NCBI GenBank assembly: GCA_018398765.1
Contig: JAHBMJ010000443.1
Span: 124,001 to 188,000, forward strand
Source of the DNA: Chromera velia
Lineage: Eukaryota
DNA length: 64,000 nucleotides
Direction: 5' to 3'
Shown: in pieces, positions 1 through 12,291 of the stretch
Layout: each line of letters begins with the position of its first letter
Numbering within the stretch: position 1 is the first letter of the stretch
Made by a program: the position numbers and the translations under genes
Notes under the pieces: model-generated
The model's database searches: none
What the model saw: only the letters and a program-made list of their open reading frames with translations
Told to the model about the DNA's origin: nothing

Positions 1-251
1 GCGTACGCACTGATACCGGAAGAAACCATAATCCAGTAGAAGAGGGCGCGAAGGACGAGGAACAGCACAACTGCCAACACCAGATACAGAACCCAGAGAG
101 GAACGGGAAGTGTAAAAAGGCAGTGGTTCTTTGTAGCGGTGAGCGTCTTTGACAGACGTCCATGACCGGATTGAGGTGCTTCCGCTTCTGCTTCTGCGTT
201 GGCTGCCTCTGGGTCAGGATTCAAAGGCTCAACACGTGCGGAGTCTGCCAT
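1..251 (-). CDS. 5' part of an unknown membrane protein (runs off the window)
   Basis: Manual translation from ATG at 251 is open to the window edge: MADSARVEPLNPDPEAANAEAEAEAPQSGHGRLSKTLTATKNHCLFTLPVPLWVLYLVLAVVLFLVLRALFYWIMVSSGISAY. It contains a long hydrophobic stretch. Absent from the ORF track because there is no stop inside the window. Confidence 0.55.
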   Translation of the reverse strand, partial: MADSARVEPLNPDPEAANAEAEAEAPQSGHGRLSKTLTATKNHCLFTLPVPLWVLYLVLAVVLFLVLRALFYWIMVSSGISAY

Positions 252-591
252 GTTTAATGGTATCTATCGAGGGTGGGAATCTGAATCTTGTGTCTCGGAG
301 TGCGGCAACAAGAGCCGGATGAAGCTGACAGCAGCTTTCAGGAGAATCAGCTCAATGTCACTTTTCAAGCACTGAATGCATTCTAAATCACTTTTTGAGC
401 AACCGTCCTCATTTCATTCATGCAACATTCGAACAAATCAGCAGCAACATATATATGTTGGAAGGTCAGTCAAAAGCCTCGATCATGCATGTGCTATCGC
501 CTCGGGGGGCAGCTCAGCTCTGCTGAGATCAGCCGAGAGGCCCTGAGATCGCACGCACTCGCATAACGCATTTTTTCATTTTGGTGGGGGG

Positions 592-777
592 NNNNNNNNN
601 NNNNNNNNNNNNNNNNNNNNNNNNNNNNNNNNNNNNNNNNNNNNNNNNNNNNNNNNNNNNNNNNNNNNNNNNNNNNNNNNNNNNNNNNNNNNNNNNNNNN
701 NNNNNNNNNNNNNNNNNNNNNNNNNNNNNNNNNNNNNNNNNNNNNNNNNNNNNNNNNNNNNNNNNNNNNNNNNNNNN
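592..777. other. Assembly gap (N run) flanked by poly-G
   Basis: Directly visible. Similar gaps occur at 30860-30900 and 36233-36272, next to poly-C. Confidence 0.99.
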
Positions 778-1432
778 GGGGGGGGGGGGGGTCGCTTCTA
801 TCACGGTGTCGCCCGAATTCCAAAATGTGCCCCTCAAGCAACTCGCACGGAGCCGCGATCGCACATACCTTAATTACTTCGCACATGCGTGCCCCTCAAG
901 TAGCTCGCACGGAGTTGCAAGTGCATGCTCGCGCGGTCCCGAAAAGCATGCTTCGTGCGCGTTGCCGTGGCCCCCGCCCCATGCATGCATGCACCTGCAC
1001 AAGACATGCCCAAGCCCCCGATCGATGGTGCATCAATCAAATTTGCGGACCCCCTAAAGGGCCCCCCGAGGCACTCACCCAACTGGTTGGGTGTATCTCG
1101 TAGTTTGACGCACGAGGGCGCCGTCGCACGCACTTGACGCACGCATGCACGTAGGAAATGCGCCATTCCGAGCTGCATGTCAGGATTGAGTCTTCGACCC
1201 GCGGGGCCAAAAAGGAAGCGAAGTATCAGTCTGTCCTGTCCAGAGATGTTTGAGGCGTTCAGTGAACGACTGCCACCCACCTGAAAGCTGTATCTGTCCA
1301 GTCCAACAGGCTTCACTGAACGAGAGGAGCCGTGTTGCTGTGAAGCCCTGTCAGTGCACCAGGACTTCAGCTGACTGCCTGAGTGGAGGCCATTTTGCGA
1401 GTTCAGTGTGCACACACAAGAATTCTCGCAAG

Positions 1433-2892
1433 ATGATCGCTCGCACCTTGTGTGTCTGCCTTTTCGGGGCTTCTGTTTCTGCATTTGAAATGTATTCAGG
1501 CGCAGCGAGACCTTCAAGTAAGGGGCTGGTGTGAAGTGGCAAGAGTTTTTTTCTTCCGTCTCCTTTTCCTTTAACCTCATGAGTGCCTCTTTTCTTCTTT
1601 GTCTTCTCTGTTCCTCTGTGTGTTTTCGCGTGATGTGTGTTCAGGCGGGAGGCGGCTTGGGCGTCTCGGGATGCCTTCCGATGAATTGAGGAGAGACGGT
1701 GAGTTAGGTGGGAGAGTTGATGTGAAGAAAAGAGAGATGCCGGGAAAGAGGAGACGACGGAGACGGAATTTGCACAGTCCCCATTTTTGTTTCATCTTTT
1801 TGTTGGTGTACTTGTTGCCTCCTATCTACCTTATTTTTCGCCCTCGCTTGGCATCGCTTGTCTTAGTGCAAGTGCACACTTTCTGCTTAATTCTCATTGT
1901 GTGACTCAATCGTTCTGCCTGCAGGGATGGGAGGAGGACGTCTCCTCTCAGAGGCTTCAGAGAGTGACGATGCCCCCGACCCTGCCACTGTGATTGCTGA
2001 CGGGTCTGAGTGGGACTTTATCGGTGCCAATCCCGATGGGGTGATTCCCCCCAATGATAGAAACCTTCTGTGTCTGTATGACCGGAACAAGAACTGGGTG
2101 GAGAGGGTGAAGAGAAAGCGCCCTAAGTTCTTTGAAGTCGAAATGCGACAGCACAGACCCTCCATTTTATGGATTGGGTGCTCTGACGCGCGTGTGCCTG
2201 CAAACGAGATTTGTGACCTCCCCCCCAACACCATCTTTCAACACCGTAACGTCGCAAACCTGGTCGTGAACACAGATGTGAATTTCCTTGCAGCCCTGCA
2301 ATATGCTGTTGATGTTCTTGAGGTTCAACACATCGTTGTGTGCGGTCACTACGATTGCGGCGGGATCCGTGCAGCGATGGCCAAACTGGACCACCGCCCT
2401 CCCCTCGAGAATTGGTTGAGAAACATCAAGGACGTCCGAAGGCTGCACAAAGATGAGGTGGATGCCGTGGAGGACCCCGAGCAGAAGATTAGAAAGATGG
2501 TGGAATTGAACGTGATGGAACAGACATTGAATGTCTTCAAGACAGCCACAGTGCAGAGAAAAAGAGTTGCAAATTACGAAAAAGCAGAAGCGGGAGAGTG
2601 GAAGAAGCCGTTCATTACCCCCCGAGTACATGCGATGGTGTATGATCCTCAGAGCGGGGCGTTGAAACGTCTAGACGTCAAATTTGCCGATGTGCTCCAT
2701 GATCTTGATGATGTGTACACAATTTATGAGCCCGCAAGCAAACAGAGAAGGCTGGCAACTGAGCATGAGAGTGCGAAGGTGTTGCGGAATATGTTGCAGG
2801 CAGGACAGGATGACGATACACCCAGCAGTCCCCCCCCTCCGCCATCAGAGGTGCCGAGCACCAGCAACAACTCAACTGCGGTTCTAAGATGA
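1433..2892 (+). CDS. Beta-class carbonic anhydrase with N-terminal signal + transit-like presequence; exons 1433-1517, 1645-1698, 1925-2892 (~368 aa)
   Basis: Zn-binding and catalytic motifs WIGCSDARV, HRNVAN and VVCGHYDCGG. GT/AG boundaries (caa|gtaag, tcag|gc, acg|gtgag, gcag|gg) give a phase-consistent splice to MIARTLCVCLFGASVSA-FEMYSGAARPSSGRRLGRLG... Confidence 0.9.
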
Positions 2893-3881
2893 TGGGAGGA
2901 ATGGAAAGAAAAGAAGGGAAGGATAGCAAGAGGAGGCACTCCTTGGGGGGGGGTTGGGGGGTGGCCTTTGTGATTCTTCCGTCTGACTGTACAGGGGTGT
3001 GCTTGTAGAGAGAGTTTCTCTGTAGCATATAGAGTGCGTCTTTGTTTTCTTTTTTGCGTGAGTGGTCTCACTGTCTTGAAGTCTTACTTTTTTGGTGGCA
3101 TGGCATGTCTCTCTTTGTCTTCTAAAGAGGACAGGGTCGGTGCTGAGAGCATCGCACGAGCTCTTCCTTCTTAATCTCTCTCGCCATCTTTTTGTCTGTC
3201 GAGGAGCTGTAAGAGGGTTTGTGGATAGACAGCAAGTGTTCCTTCCGTTGAGCTCTTCTATGCTCTCTTTGCGTCTTTCTTTTTAGCGTTCTTTATACAT
3301 TCGAAGGAGGAAGGCCCGTCATCAAACGGGAGACTTGGGGGACTTTTTTCCTTTGCTGAGCCTCCCTTCTTTCTCTAACTCTTCTTCTAATCGGCCTGCA
3401 GGCATGGGGACGTGCGTTCGTGGTTTGCACATCTCTCTCTTGACTGACCGACTATTTCGAAAAAGTGCTTGCCTTGTCTTGGTTGACGTTGGGTGTCGGG
3501 GTGGGACATCTCCCAGCGTCGTGATTCGTTTGTTCTGTCTGTCGTTGTGTGGAAGTAAACACATCCTATTGAGGGTTTTTCACGATGCAAAGGAAGGTTG
3601 ATCATCTTTTCGATTCTTTCCCCTCCCAAGTCATGTGTATTTGTATCTCTTTTTCATAACAAGTTCATGGAATGAGAAGAGGCGATAAGGCCGGTCCCAA
3701 TCAACAGACTGCGTGCGTGTTGTTCATGCTGGTCTGACAAGTGCTGGTTCCTGTGTGAGTGCAAGGGAAGGGAAGGAAAGGGGGTGAGGAAGAGAGGGAG
3801 GCGGGGCTGTTGGAACGGAGCGAGGGGACAGCAGTGGAGGGAGAGACGGTCTTCATTCTTTGGTGTGTTTGAATGTGTTTG

Positions 3882-3883
<2 letters not shown>

Positions 3884-3942
<59 letters not shown>
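3884..3942. repeat. (CT)n(GT)n microsatellite, followed by a (GACA)n-rich tract at about 4013-4530
   Basis: Directly visible simple repeats. Confidence 0.9.
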
Positions 3943-3943
<1 letters not shown>

Positions 3944-5554
3944 GTGCGTAAGGTGAATCGTGGGGCCGAGTCTAGAATTTGACGCATCTTCCTGACTGTG
4001 CGGGGGTGTGCGGACAGACAGACAGGCTGACAGACAGACAGACAGAGAGACAGACAGACAGACAAGGCAGACAGACAGTCAGACAGACAGACAGACGGAC
4101 AGAGACAAGCAGACAGAGGAACAGGCAGAAAAAGCAGTGTGGGTGCTTTAAGAAAGGGGGTTCTGGCTGCCCCGGAAGCCTCCCTTCATAGGACGGAAAG
4201 AAGGTCGACTGTTGGGGAGGAGACAGACTTTCCTCCTCATCCCCTGGTTTGGTCTGGCAATTTGTAGCCTGTTTGGGATGTGGCTGAAAGAGGGAAAAAC
4301 AGAGAGTTGCAGCGAAAAACAACAGAGAGACAGACAGACAGACAGACAGATAGAAAGACAGACGGACACAGGCAGACAGATAATCAGACAGCCAAACAAA
4401 GAAGCGGACAGACAGACAGACAGTCAGGCAGCCAAACAAAGGTGGACAGACAGATAGTCAGACAGACAGACACAGACGGACGGACGGACAATCGGACAGC
4501 CAAACAAAGATGCAGACAGAGAGGCAGACCAGCAGAGAGGCGGTCAGGAAAAGGAAAGGCAGGAAGAAAGAGCAGATCGTTCCGCGTAACGCTCTGCTTT
4601 GTAAACTTATCGCTTCGAATGAAATGCATTGACTATTGGTCAGCTGAGTCGAGCTACCCCACAGTTCAAAACACCATTCCTTCTTGCGATAGATTGACTT
4701 CAAAAGTATCTGAACAATTCGATTTGCAAAGAAAAACGTTTATATATTTTATCTTAATTGCTACAGTATACTCCTGTCTGAGATGACTGCGTGGGTTATC
4801 GATCTCTGTCGGATCCAGAAATTTGCATTTTGGGTCCAAATTATGTCCAAATCTTACTTTACTGGGTTTACTTTTCATTCGTCTTGAGTTGTGCACATAT
4901 AGTTGCCATTCGGGCGTAAGTAAGCGACTCTTATATTTTTTTTATTTTTTTGTAAAACGGTCCCTGCATGTATTCAAAACTTTTTTGAACGTCATTTTCC
5001 TTCAAATACCTTCGAAACTTCACTCTAGACTTAACTTCACTTGAGTTGTAATATAATTATAATTTAATTTATACTTAGTTGTTGAGTGATCGCTTAGTGG
5101 GTTCCCCGTCTCGATCTCTGAGTGTCGTCCAAAAAGCGTGTGATCGACTGAATCATGAAAAAGTACCTCCTAGATACTGTTAGAGCACTCTGGCATGCAC
5201 TGCTTACAACACATTGAAGCCTAATTTGAAGGATAATAAGGGATAAGAATTAACTTTTATATAAGGGTACTAGTGTATACCCCCTTTTCAACTAGCTAAA
5301 GTTTCGATGCGGCCAGACTCGACAACGGAAGTTATGTTGTGCTATATAGGGTCGGGGTACTGCAAGCATCTTCTCTACAGGAGTATCCCACCCTTATATT
5401 ATGTATAGTTATGATTGAGGGTTTTTTTCATGTATGCCGCGTCCCCATATATGAGAGGCGGATCTAACCTAGCATAGTTTGTTTCTTTGTGTTACCCTAG
5501 CCCTCTGAGATTTCTTTTTGTAAAACCATTTTGAATTATAGTTTACATCGAGGG

Positions 5555-5849
5555 TGTAGGCTGGCTACGAGCGGCGAGTAAGTGATGGGCCCGCAGAGTG
5601 GCGGAGCCGCGAGGCCGGCGGCGCCGCGGCGATGCGCGCGCGGACTTCAATAACTGTGGCTTGGCGCAGGACTGAATAAAATGACATCGATCTGCATGCA
5701 TTGGAATTAGCTAACGATCGCTAACGATCGTTGGACTGGCTTGATCGAAGGAACAATGTACAAACCTCTTTAGGTCAAACTCTTATAGTCTATGAACTCT
5801 GAATGCACATCGTTAGCGTTGAGAGTTCTAGCCCCGTATTCTGCTTACA
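5555..5849 (+). repeat. 5' LTR (295 bp)
   Basis: tgtaggctggctacgag...tattctgcttaca; matches 11449-11743 with about 15 substitutions by manual comparison. Confidence 0.96.
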
Positions 5850-8800
5850 ATGTGGTTATCAGAGCCAGGTTTCGAACAGGCTTTTGATTCGTTTGTATTC
5901 AGTCTGAATTCTATTGCTGTCATGGAACTACCTCCAGTCTTGGCTCCATTGACAAACGAGCAGGTGGGAACGGCACTGTACAACCTTGAACAGTCCATCA
6001 CCAGCCTGCAGCAGACTCAAGAGATGATGCGGCAGACTATGGAGGGGCTGGTAGCGAGGGTTGCAGCTCCACCTCCACAGTTGCCTCCTCAGGTGCTGCC
6101 AATGAGTGAGGAGGGTACACAGCAGCTTGTCGTGCCCTCTCAGGGCCCTGATCTACGAGAGCAGCTTCCTCGGATTGCACTGAAGCAGCCGGACGAGTTC
6201 ACTGGACACCGCGACACTGTGGAGAGGTTTATTACGGACACCAACGACTACTTTACCAATGCGAATGTTGCTCTTCACCGTCAGCTTGGCCTCGCGAAGT
6301 CCTTCCTGTGCAAGGAGCTGAGGGACTGGTTCGATTTACGTGTGAAGAGAGGTATGGGGTTTGCAGACTGGCCTGCGTTGCGTGAGGTGCTGCGACGCAG
6401 GTATAAGGAGAAACATGAGAGGAGGAAGGCGAGAAAGCAGGTGTTGTCCCTCAGGTATACAGGGACGGTTGACGACTACAACAAAGAATTCTCCCTTCTC
6501 ACGTTGAAGATCACAAGTGCGAGTGAGGAGGATCTCGTAGAGGACTATATTGAGGGTTTGCCGCCTAGCATTATGTATGAGACTGACAGGATGGAGCCGG
6601 CAATATTAGACGAAGCAATGGAGAAGGCGTTGGACAGCGAAATCTGGCTTAAGCAGGCCAGTTCGCGCTCTCGAAGCCGTTGGTCGCGAGGGCCCCCGTC
6701 TGATCCGAGTCCGGTGATTGATCCTACAGGACCAGCTCCCATGGAATTGTGTGGTGTTGGGGTGCAACCTTCAAGAAGACTTCCACCCCAACACCCATTG
6801 ATTCCATAGACGGTGTGAGAGAGCAGGGGGAGACTGAATCGGTGTCTTCTATGTGGGGAGAACACCCACATGATAGCCGCGTGTAGGAATGGACCTCAAC
6901 TTCCTCCACACATGCGGACCATTCAAACGACGTCTCAATCCAGATCTCCGTGGCCGCCCAGGGCATCTCCAGGATTTGCCCCTTTCGTCCCGGGTTTTGG
7001 GGCGACGTCTGGGTACCTCTGGCCACCTCCTCCTTACCCATCCCTTCCCTTCTTGTATCCCATCAATCAAGTCACTCAACCTACAGGGGGGAGAGGGAGG
7101 TCTGGACAGAGAGGTGATAGTCCAAGTTCACCCATGTCACCTGGAAGAGGCTTTGGCTTCGGTGACAGAAGATGTGTATGGTCTCCTTCTTTTGGCGGGT
7201 CGCCTCAACCTCAGCCGAGTGGACATCAACCAGCGCGTAAGGCTAGATCAAGACGGGTAGCTGGGATGAGGACGATCAGAGGCCGAAACGAGAATGACGA
7301 GACCATGGTTGAACCCGACCTGACGGTACGTTATGAAGTTGAGGAAGATAAAAGGCAGAGAACAGATGAAGAATTGAGTGAGGAAGAAGATGATGAGGAT
7401 GATTTGTTTGAGACTGGTTTTGTTTATCACGGTACTGTCGCGGGTGCTCCAGTCAGAGTTTTGTATAACATTGGAGCTGATGATATTTTCATTAATAGCA
7501 AGTTTGCACACCTGCGTCAGTTGTATATTCGCAGGTTTGGGACCCCGATGAGATGTAGGGTGGCCGTGAAGGAGCCCAGAGGACGAGAGGTCAGTGAGTA
7601 TGCACCTTCTATTCCCCTTCGTATTCAGGGGTATCGAGAGATAGTCGGTGCATTGCTGGCTGACCTGGACGACTATGATGTCATCTTAGGAAGAAAATGG
7701 AGTGACGTCCACCAACCAGAACTTGGTCATTGGTCTCGTTCTCTTCGTTTCTTCTTTAACGGCCAGGAAGTCATTATTCGGGGGGGTGCATATGAAAAGA
7801 ACCGACCTTGCCCTCCTATTCTTTCTTCTGCGCAGGCGAAACGAGCAATTCAAAAAGGTGCTGTCTGCCATATCGTAAGAATGGAGACGGCACACTGGCC
7901 TGCAGGAGAGGGGGAACTGGAGTGCTTTGTGCATGCAACTGAAGTGAGTGAGGGAAAAGGAAAGGGGAGAATGAATGATGGAGGGAACGTGGGTTCTGAT
8001 TTTCTCTCTTCTGACTTTCTCTCTTCTCTTCCGTCTGATCATCCTGCTCGGTCGGCCCCTGATTTGTCGGACGTGCATGCTTTTCTCTCTCGACCAGATG
8101 TGGATGTTCTTCAGGATGTGAAAGGAATTGTGGCAGATCATGCATCTCTTTTTCCTGATCGTCTCTCTTATCTGCCACCGTCAAGAGGACCTCATTTAGA
8201 TTTCAAAATCGAACTTGAGCCCGGTCATTCACCTCCTGCCCGTTCGCCTTATTGGCTGTCAGTGGGAGAAACAGATGAGCTGAGGAGACAGATAGATACA
8301 TACCTTGAACAAGGATTCATCCGACCGTCTGCTTCTCCTTATGCTGCGCCTGTTCTTTTTGTACAAAAGAAAGATGGCTCGATGAGAATGTGTTGTGACT
8401 ACACTGGCTTGAATTGCATCACTATCAAAGACAAGCATTCTCTCCCTCACCCGCAAGAGTTGATTGATCGATTGCATGGGGCCCAGTTCTTCACGACACT
8501 GGACCTCAGGCAGTATTATCACCAAATGAGGGTCAAAGAAGAAGACATCCCAAAGACAGCTTTCACTACACGCTATGGTTCTTTTGAGTGGTTGGTTGTT
8601 TCTTTTGGATTGACAAACGTGCCTCCTGCAGCGATGAGGTTGATTCAATTTGCTCTTCGCTCTTGTTTTGACCGTTTTGTTTCGGTTTTTCTGGATGATA
8701 TTCTGATTTATTCACGTATAAGAGAAGAACACAAGAGACACATCAGAATTGTTTTGCGTTTGTTGAGTGAAAATAAATTGTATGCAAAATTGTCGAAATG

Positions 8801-11132
8801 CCATTTCATGCAGACTGAGGTAACATTTCTCGGGCTAAAGATCTCCAGGACCGAAGTGCGGCCCGAGCAAAGCAAGACAGACCAAGTCAGTAAGTGGCCT
8901 ACTCCCAAGAACAGAAATGAAGTGCTTTCGTTTTTGGGGTTTGCAAATTGGGTGAGATGGTTTGTCCCTCACTTCAGTGAGAAAGCAGGCCCTTTGTATG
9001 CATTGCTGAAGGGAAACAAATCGTTTGAGTGGGGGAAGAAAGAGGAAGAAAGCTTTGAAGCAGTAAAGCGAGCAGTGAAGAATACTGTCGAACTCTACAT
9101 TCCTGACCCTGCGCGTCCCTTCGAAATTTTTGTGGATGCATGCGAATCGACAGAAACGCTCGCTGCCGCGCTCATGCAGGAAGATTTTGAGGTCGGCTGG
9201 CTCCGTCCGTGTGCATTCGCATCACGTAGAATGACACAGGCAGAGCTCAAATATCCCATCAGAGATAAAGAATTTCTTTTCTGCGTGTTTGCGGTCAAAT
9301 CGTGGAGGTCATACGTTAGTCACACAACTAAGGTGTGGTCAGATCATGAGTCTCTCAAATATGTGAATGTGTCCGCTGACCACACCTTAATGTCTCCACG
9401 TATGCGCAGATTTGTCAGCATGTTCGACGAGATCGGCATCACTCCAAGGTACGTGCCCGGTGCTCAGAATTGCGTGGCAGATGCGCTGAGCAGGTGCCCT
9501 GAGGTGAACGCTCAGAAACAAGAAAAAGATAAAGAAAGAAAAGAAGTGTGTCAATTGTTACAAATGGAATCAAGAGTGCAGCCGGATGAGGAATTACTGG
9601 AAAGGATAAAGAAAGGATATGAAGAAGAGAAATTCTGGACGGAGGTGAAGGAAGTGCTTGAAGCAAGGCTCCAAATTGAAGACCCTGACAAAGACCCTGA
9701 GAAAGAGGTGCCTGGTCCTCGACATTTGCGGCTGATTCTTCCGAGGTTTCAGATAGAAGACGGACTGCTCTATTTCAATGACAGACTGGCCATCCCGACA
9801 GAAAGACTACAAAGAAACCTCATTTATAAATATCATGATACGGCCGCAGGGGGGCATTTGGGGGCAGAGAAAACATATTTAAAACTGGCAGGGAGTTTCT
9901 ATTGGCCACATATATATGTATCGGTTGTTCAGTACGTCAGAAAGTGTGATGCCTGTCAAAGAGCAAAGAAGCTGACTGAGAAGCAGTATAGATTGCTCCA
10001 ACCTCTGTCTATTCCTGAATTTTTTTTTCAGTCTATTTCTCTTGATTTTGTATTTGGACTCCCGAGGGTGGTGTTTAAAGGAGAAGAGGTAGATGGAATC
10101 CTCTCTGCGGTTGATCGCCTCTCCAAAACTCCTTTCTTTGCTGCAGTCTCACAAGAGATTACAGCAGAAGGGACAGCCAAGGTGGTCTTTGAGAGGATTG
10201 TCTGCGAGTATGGGATGCCCCAATTAGTGGTCAGTGACCGTGATCCTCGTTTTCTCTCTGCATTTTGGAAGGAACTCGCTCGGCTGTGGGGCACAAAATT
10301 GAATATGAGCATAAGAGGAGACCCACAGTCAGATGGACAGACAGAGAAAGACAACCAGACCATCGAACAGATGTTGCGTTGTTTCGTGAACGAGCATCAA
10401 ACGGACTGGCCAATTTGAAAGTGGTTGTGTTCTTATCAGTTTGCGTATCGTGATTCGGTGCATCCAGCCACAGGCATGTCTCCTTTTCGCTTTCTATACG
10501 GACGTGACCCGATTCGCCTGCCTTCTGTCTCTGTGCGTTCTAAGTCATTCTGTCCACCAGCAGCAGACTTTGCAGATCGTAGAGAGGCAGAAATCATGAG
10601 AGCAAAGGAAAGACTTGAGCAAGCAAGAGAACGAGCAGCTCAATAAGTAGATCCACACAGACAAGAGGTTTCATTTGCTCCAGGAGATTTTTTGCTTGTA
10701 CGCAATGCATATTTTAAGGGAAGCAGAAAGCCAAGCAGGAAGTTTGAGCCTGTATTTTATGGACCATTCGAGGTAGAGAGAAAGGTAGGGAGCAATGCGT
10801 ATGAGCTCATATTCCCTGCAAGAATGAAGGGTCACAATGTGATTAATGTATCATATCTGAAGAAGTATGAGAGAAGGAAAGATGATCCTCTGCCTGCTGT
10901 TCGGTTGTCTGCATCAGAAGAGATTGAGTATGAAGTAAAAGAGATTCTCGACCACAGAAAGATAGACAAACAGGCGCACTACCTGGTGTGGTGGGAAGGA
11001 GAAAGTAAAGAGAATGCATCATGGGAGCCTGCTGTCAACCTGACACATGCAAAGGAGGCATTGCATGCCTTCAAAGAAAAGAAGAGACAGCAGAAGAAAG
11101 AGAAGCAAGCAACGGGCAGGTGTAAGTGGTAA
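5850..11132 (+). pseudogene. Gag-Pol polyprotein in a single frame, interrupted by in-frame stops (6807 TAG, 6816 TGA, 10416 TGA, 10644 TAA)
   Basis: ORFs 5850, 6870, 10425 and 10692 share one frame. Gag: LKQPDEFTG, PAPMEL, zinc knuckle CLLCGENTHMIAAC. Protease: VLYNIGA (catalytic Asp lost). RT: SFGLTN, FLDD. RNase H: FVDAC, SDHESL. Integrase: HHCC, SLDF/SDRD/QTE, GPF. Chromodomain: YEVKEILDHR...YLVWWEG...SWEP. Confidence 0.93.
5853..5875 (+). promoter_or_regulatory. Primer-binding site complementary to the initiator tRNA-Met 3' end
   Basis: TGGTTATCAGAGCCAGGTTTCGA versus the canonical iMet PBS TGGTATCAGAGC... (one extra T), immediately after the 5' LTR. Confidence 0.85.
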
Positions 11133-11448
11133 TTAAAAAGTAGAGAGGTAAAATCAATATGGGCAGAACTAAGAGGTTTGTGGAGTGGAATGCGTGTGTG
11201 TGAGTTTTGGGAAGATGAAATTCCCTGGTAAGTGATTCGAGGCAGAAAGCAAATCTATCCTGCGTCATGCATAGATGCAGGGTGGCAGAATGGGTGTCGG
11301 ACTCTGCATTCCCACTTGCTTCGTTCATTTATGGTTCGATAAAGTATGCAGGTGCATGTTATTAATCAATGCCACGAGGTCGATTAGTTATGGATATGTG
11401 CAGGCACTGGAACTGAGCGTGGACGTCGGTTTCGAAGCAGTGGGCAGG

Positions 11449-11743
11449 TGTAGGCTAGCTACGAGCGGTGAGTACGCGACGGGCCCGCGGAGTGGCGGAG
11501 CCACGAGGCCGGCAGCGCCGCGGCGATGCACGCACAGACTTCAATAAGTGTGGCTTGGCGCAGGACTGAATAAAGTGACATCGATCTGCATGCATTCGAA
11601 TTAGCTAACGATCGCTAACGATCGTTGGACTGGCTTGATCGAAGGAACAATGTACAAACCTCTCTAGGTCAAACTCTTATAGTCTATGAACTCTGAATGC
11701 ACATCGTTAGCGTTGAGAGTTCTAGCCCCGTATTCTGCTTACA
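11449..11743 (+). repeat. 3' LTR (295 bp), preceded by a purine-rich PPT-like sequence gaagcagtgggcagg
   Basis: Direct repeat of 5555-5849, followed by the TSD GAGGG. Confidence 0.96.
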
Positions 11744-12164
11744 GAGGGGATATAGATCGATAGTCTTTGGGCGTATGCACTGTACACGACACGTGCGCAG
11801 TGCGCGCCCACCCCCGTGTATACTGATTGACCGATTCCGCACATGCATATGCCGGCCATGCATGCACCATGCATGCATCTGAAAGAAACAAGGTGCGCAT
11901 GTATATATGCAAGTTAGTAATTTAGATGCGCTCTCAACGTAGTAACCTGGACACAAGAACAATGTTCGAGTCAAGCGACTTACGATGTACATCTGTTCCT
12001 CTTCCAGGCTTCGTCGCTTCGAGCTAACAGTATATATATATCAATCCGAAGATTGGAAACTCGTCCATGTGAATCCTTTCTCTACCCCACTGTGACTTTT
12101 CTTTGTCATCTATTGTGCAAGTCACTAAACTAGCAGTGCAGACCTCATGAGAGAGTGGCCTGGT

Positions 12165-12291
12165 GTGACTGGCAGAATGTGGCACTACTACGGTCCTGAT
12201 GTGAGTGGCAGGATGTACTACCAAGGTCTTGATGTGAGTGGCAGGATGTACTACCAAGGTCTTGATGTGAGTGGCAGGATGTGGCACTACG
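12165..12291 (+). repeat. 33-bp tandem repeat (~4 copies; GATGTGAGTGGCAGGATGTACTACCAAGGTCTT), potentially coding DVSGRMYYQGL
   Basis: Directly visible. It lies in ORF 12147-12422, which has a plausible donor (aaa|gtcagt) at about 12354. Confidence 0.8.

Larger units (their letters stand above)
5555..11743 (+). mobile_element. Full-length Ty3/Gypsy chromovirus LTR retrotransposon (decayed)
   Basis: Two 295-bp LTRs with TG...CA ends. 5-bp TSD GAGGG at 5550-5554 and 11744-11748. PBS, gag, protease, RT, RNase H, integrase and chromodomain occur in Gypsy order. Confidence 0.97.

Noticed and set aside
1897..1926. ORF-track start of the carbonic anhydrase (GTG 1897)
   Set aside because: It lies within the polypyrimidine/acceptor end of an intron. 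The spliced model from ATG 1433 is phase-consistent and supplies a signal peptide.
3853..4786. ORFs rich in CLSV/QTDR repeats (also at 18.2-20.2 kb, 42.4-42.8 kb, 46.8-47.1 kb, 51.9-53.1 kb)
   Set aside because: They are translations of GACA/GA/GT/GGAA microsatellites in introns or intergenic DNA, not proteins.
6807..6869. Programmed frameshift or readthrough between gag and pol
   Set aside because: Gag and pol are in the same frame, two stops lie upstream of the gag zinc knuckle, and further stops occur in integrase. Decay is the simpler explanation.
12165..12291. Possible CRISPR-like array (33-bp repeat; likewise 48020-48177 and 55841-55992)
   Set aside because: The units are contiguous tandem copies without unique spacers, there are no cas genes, and the context is eukaryotic.
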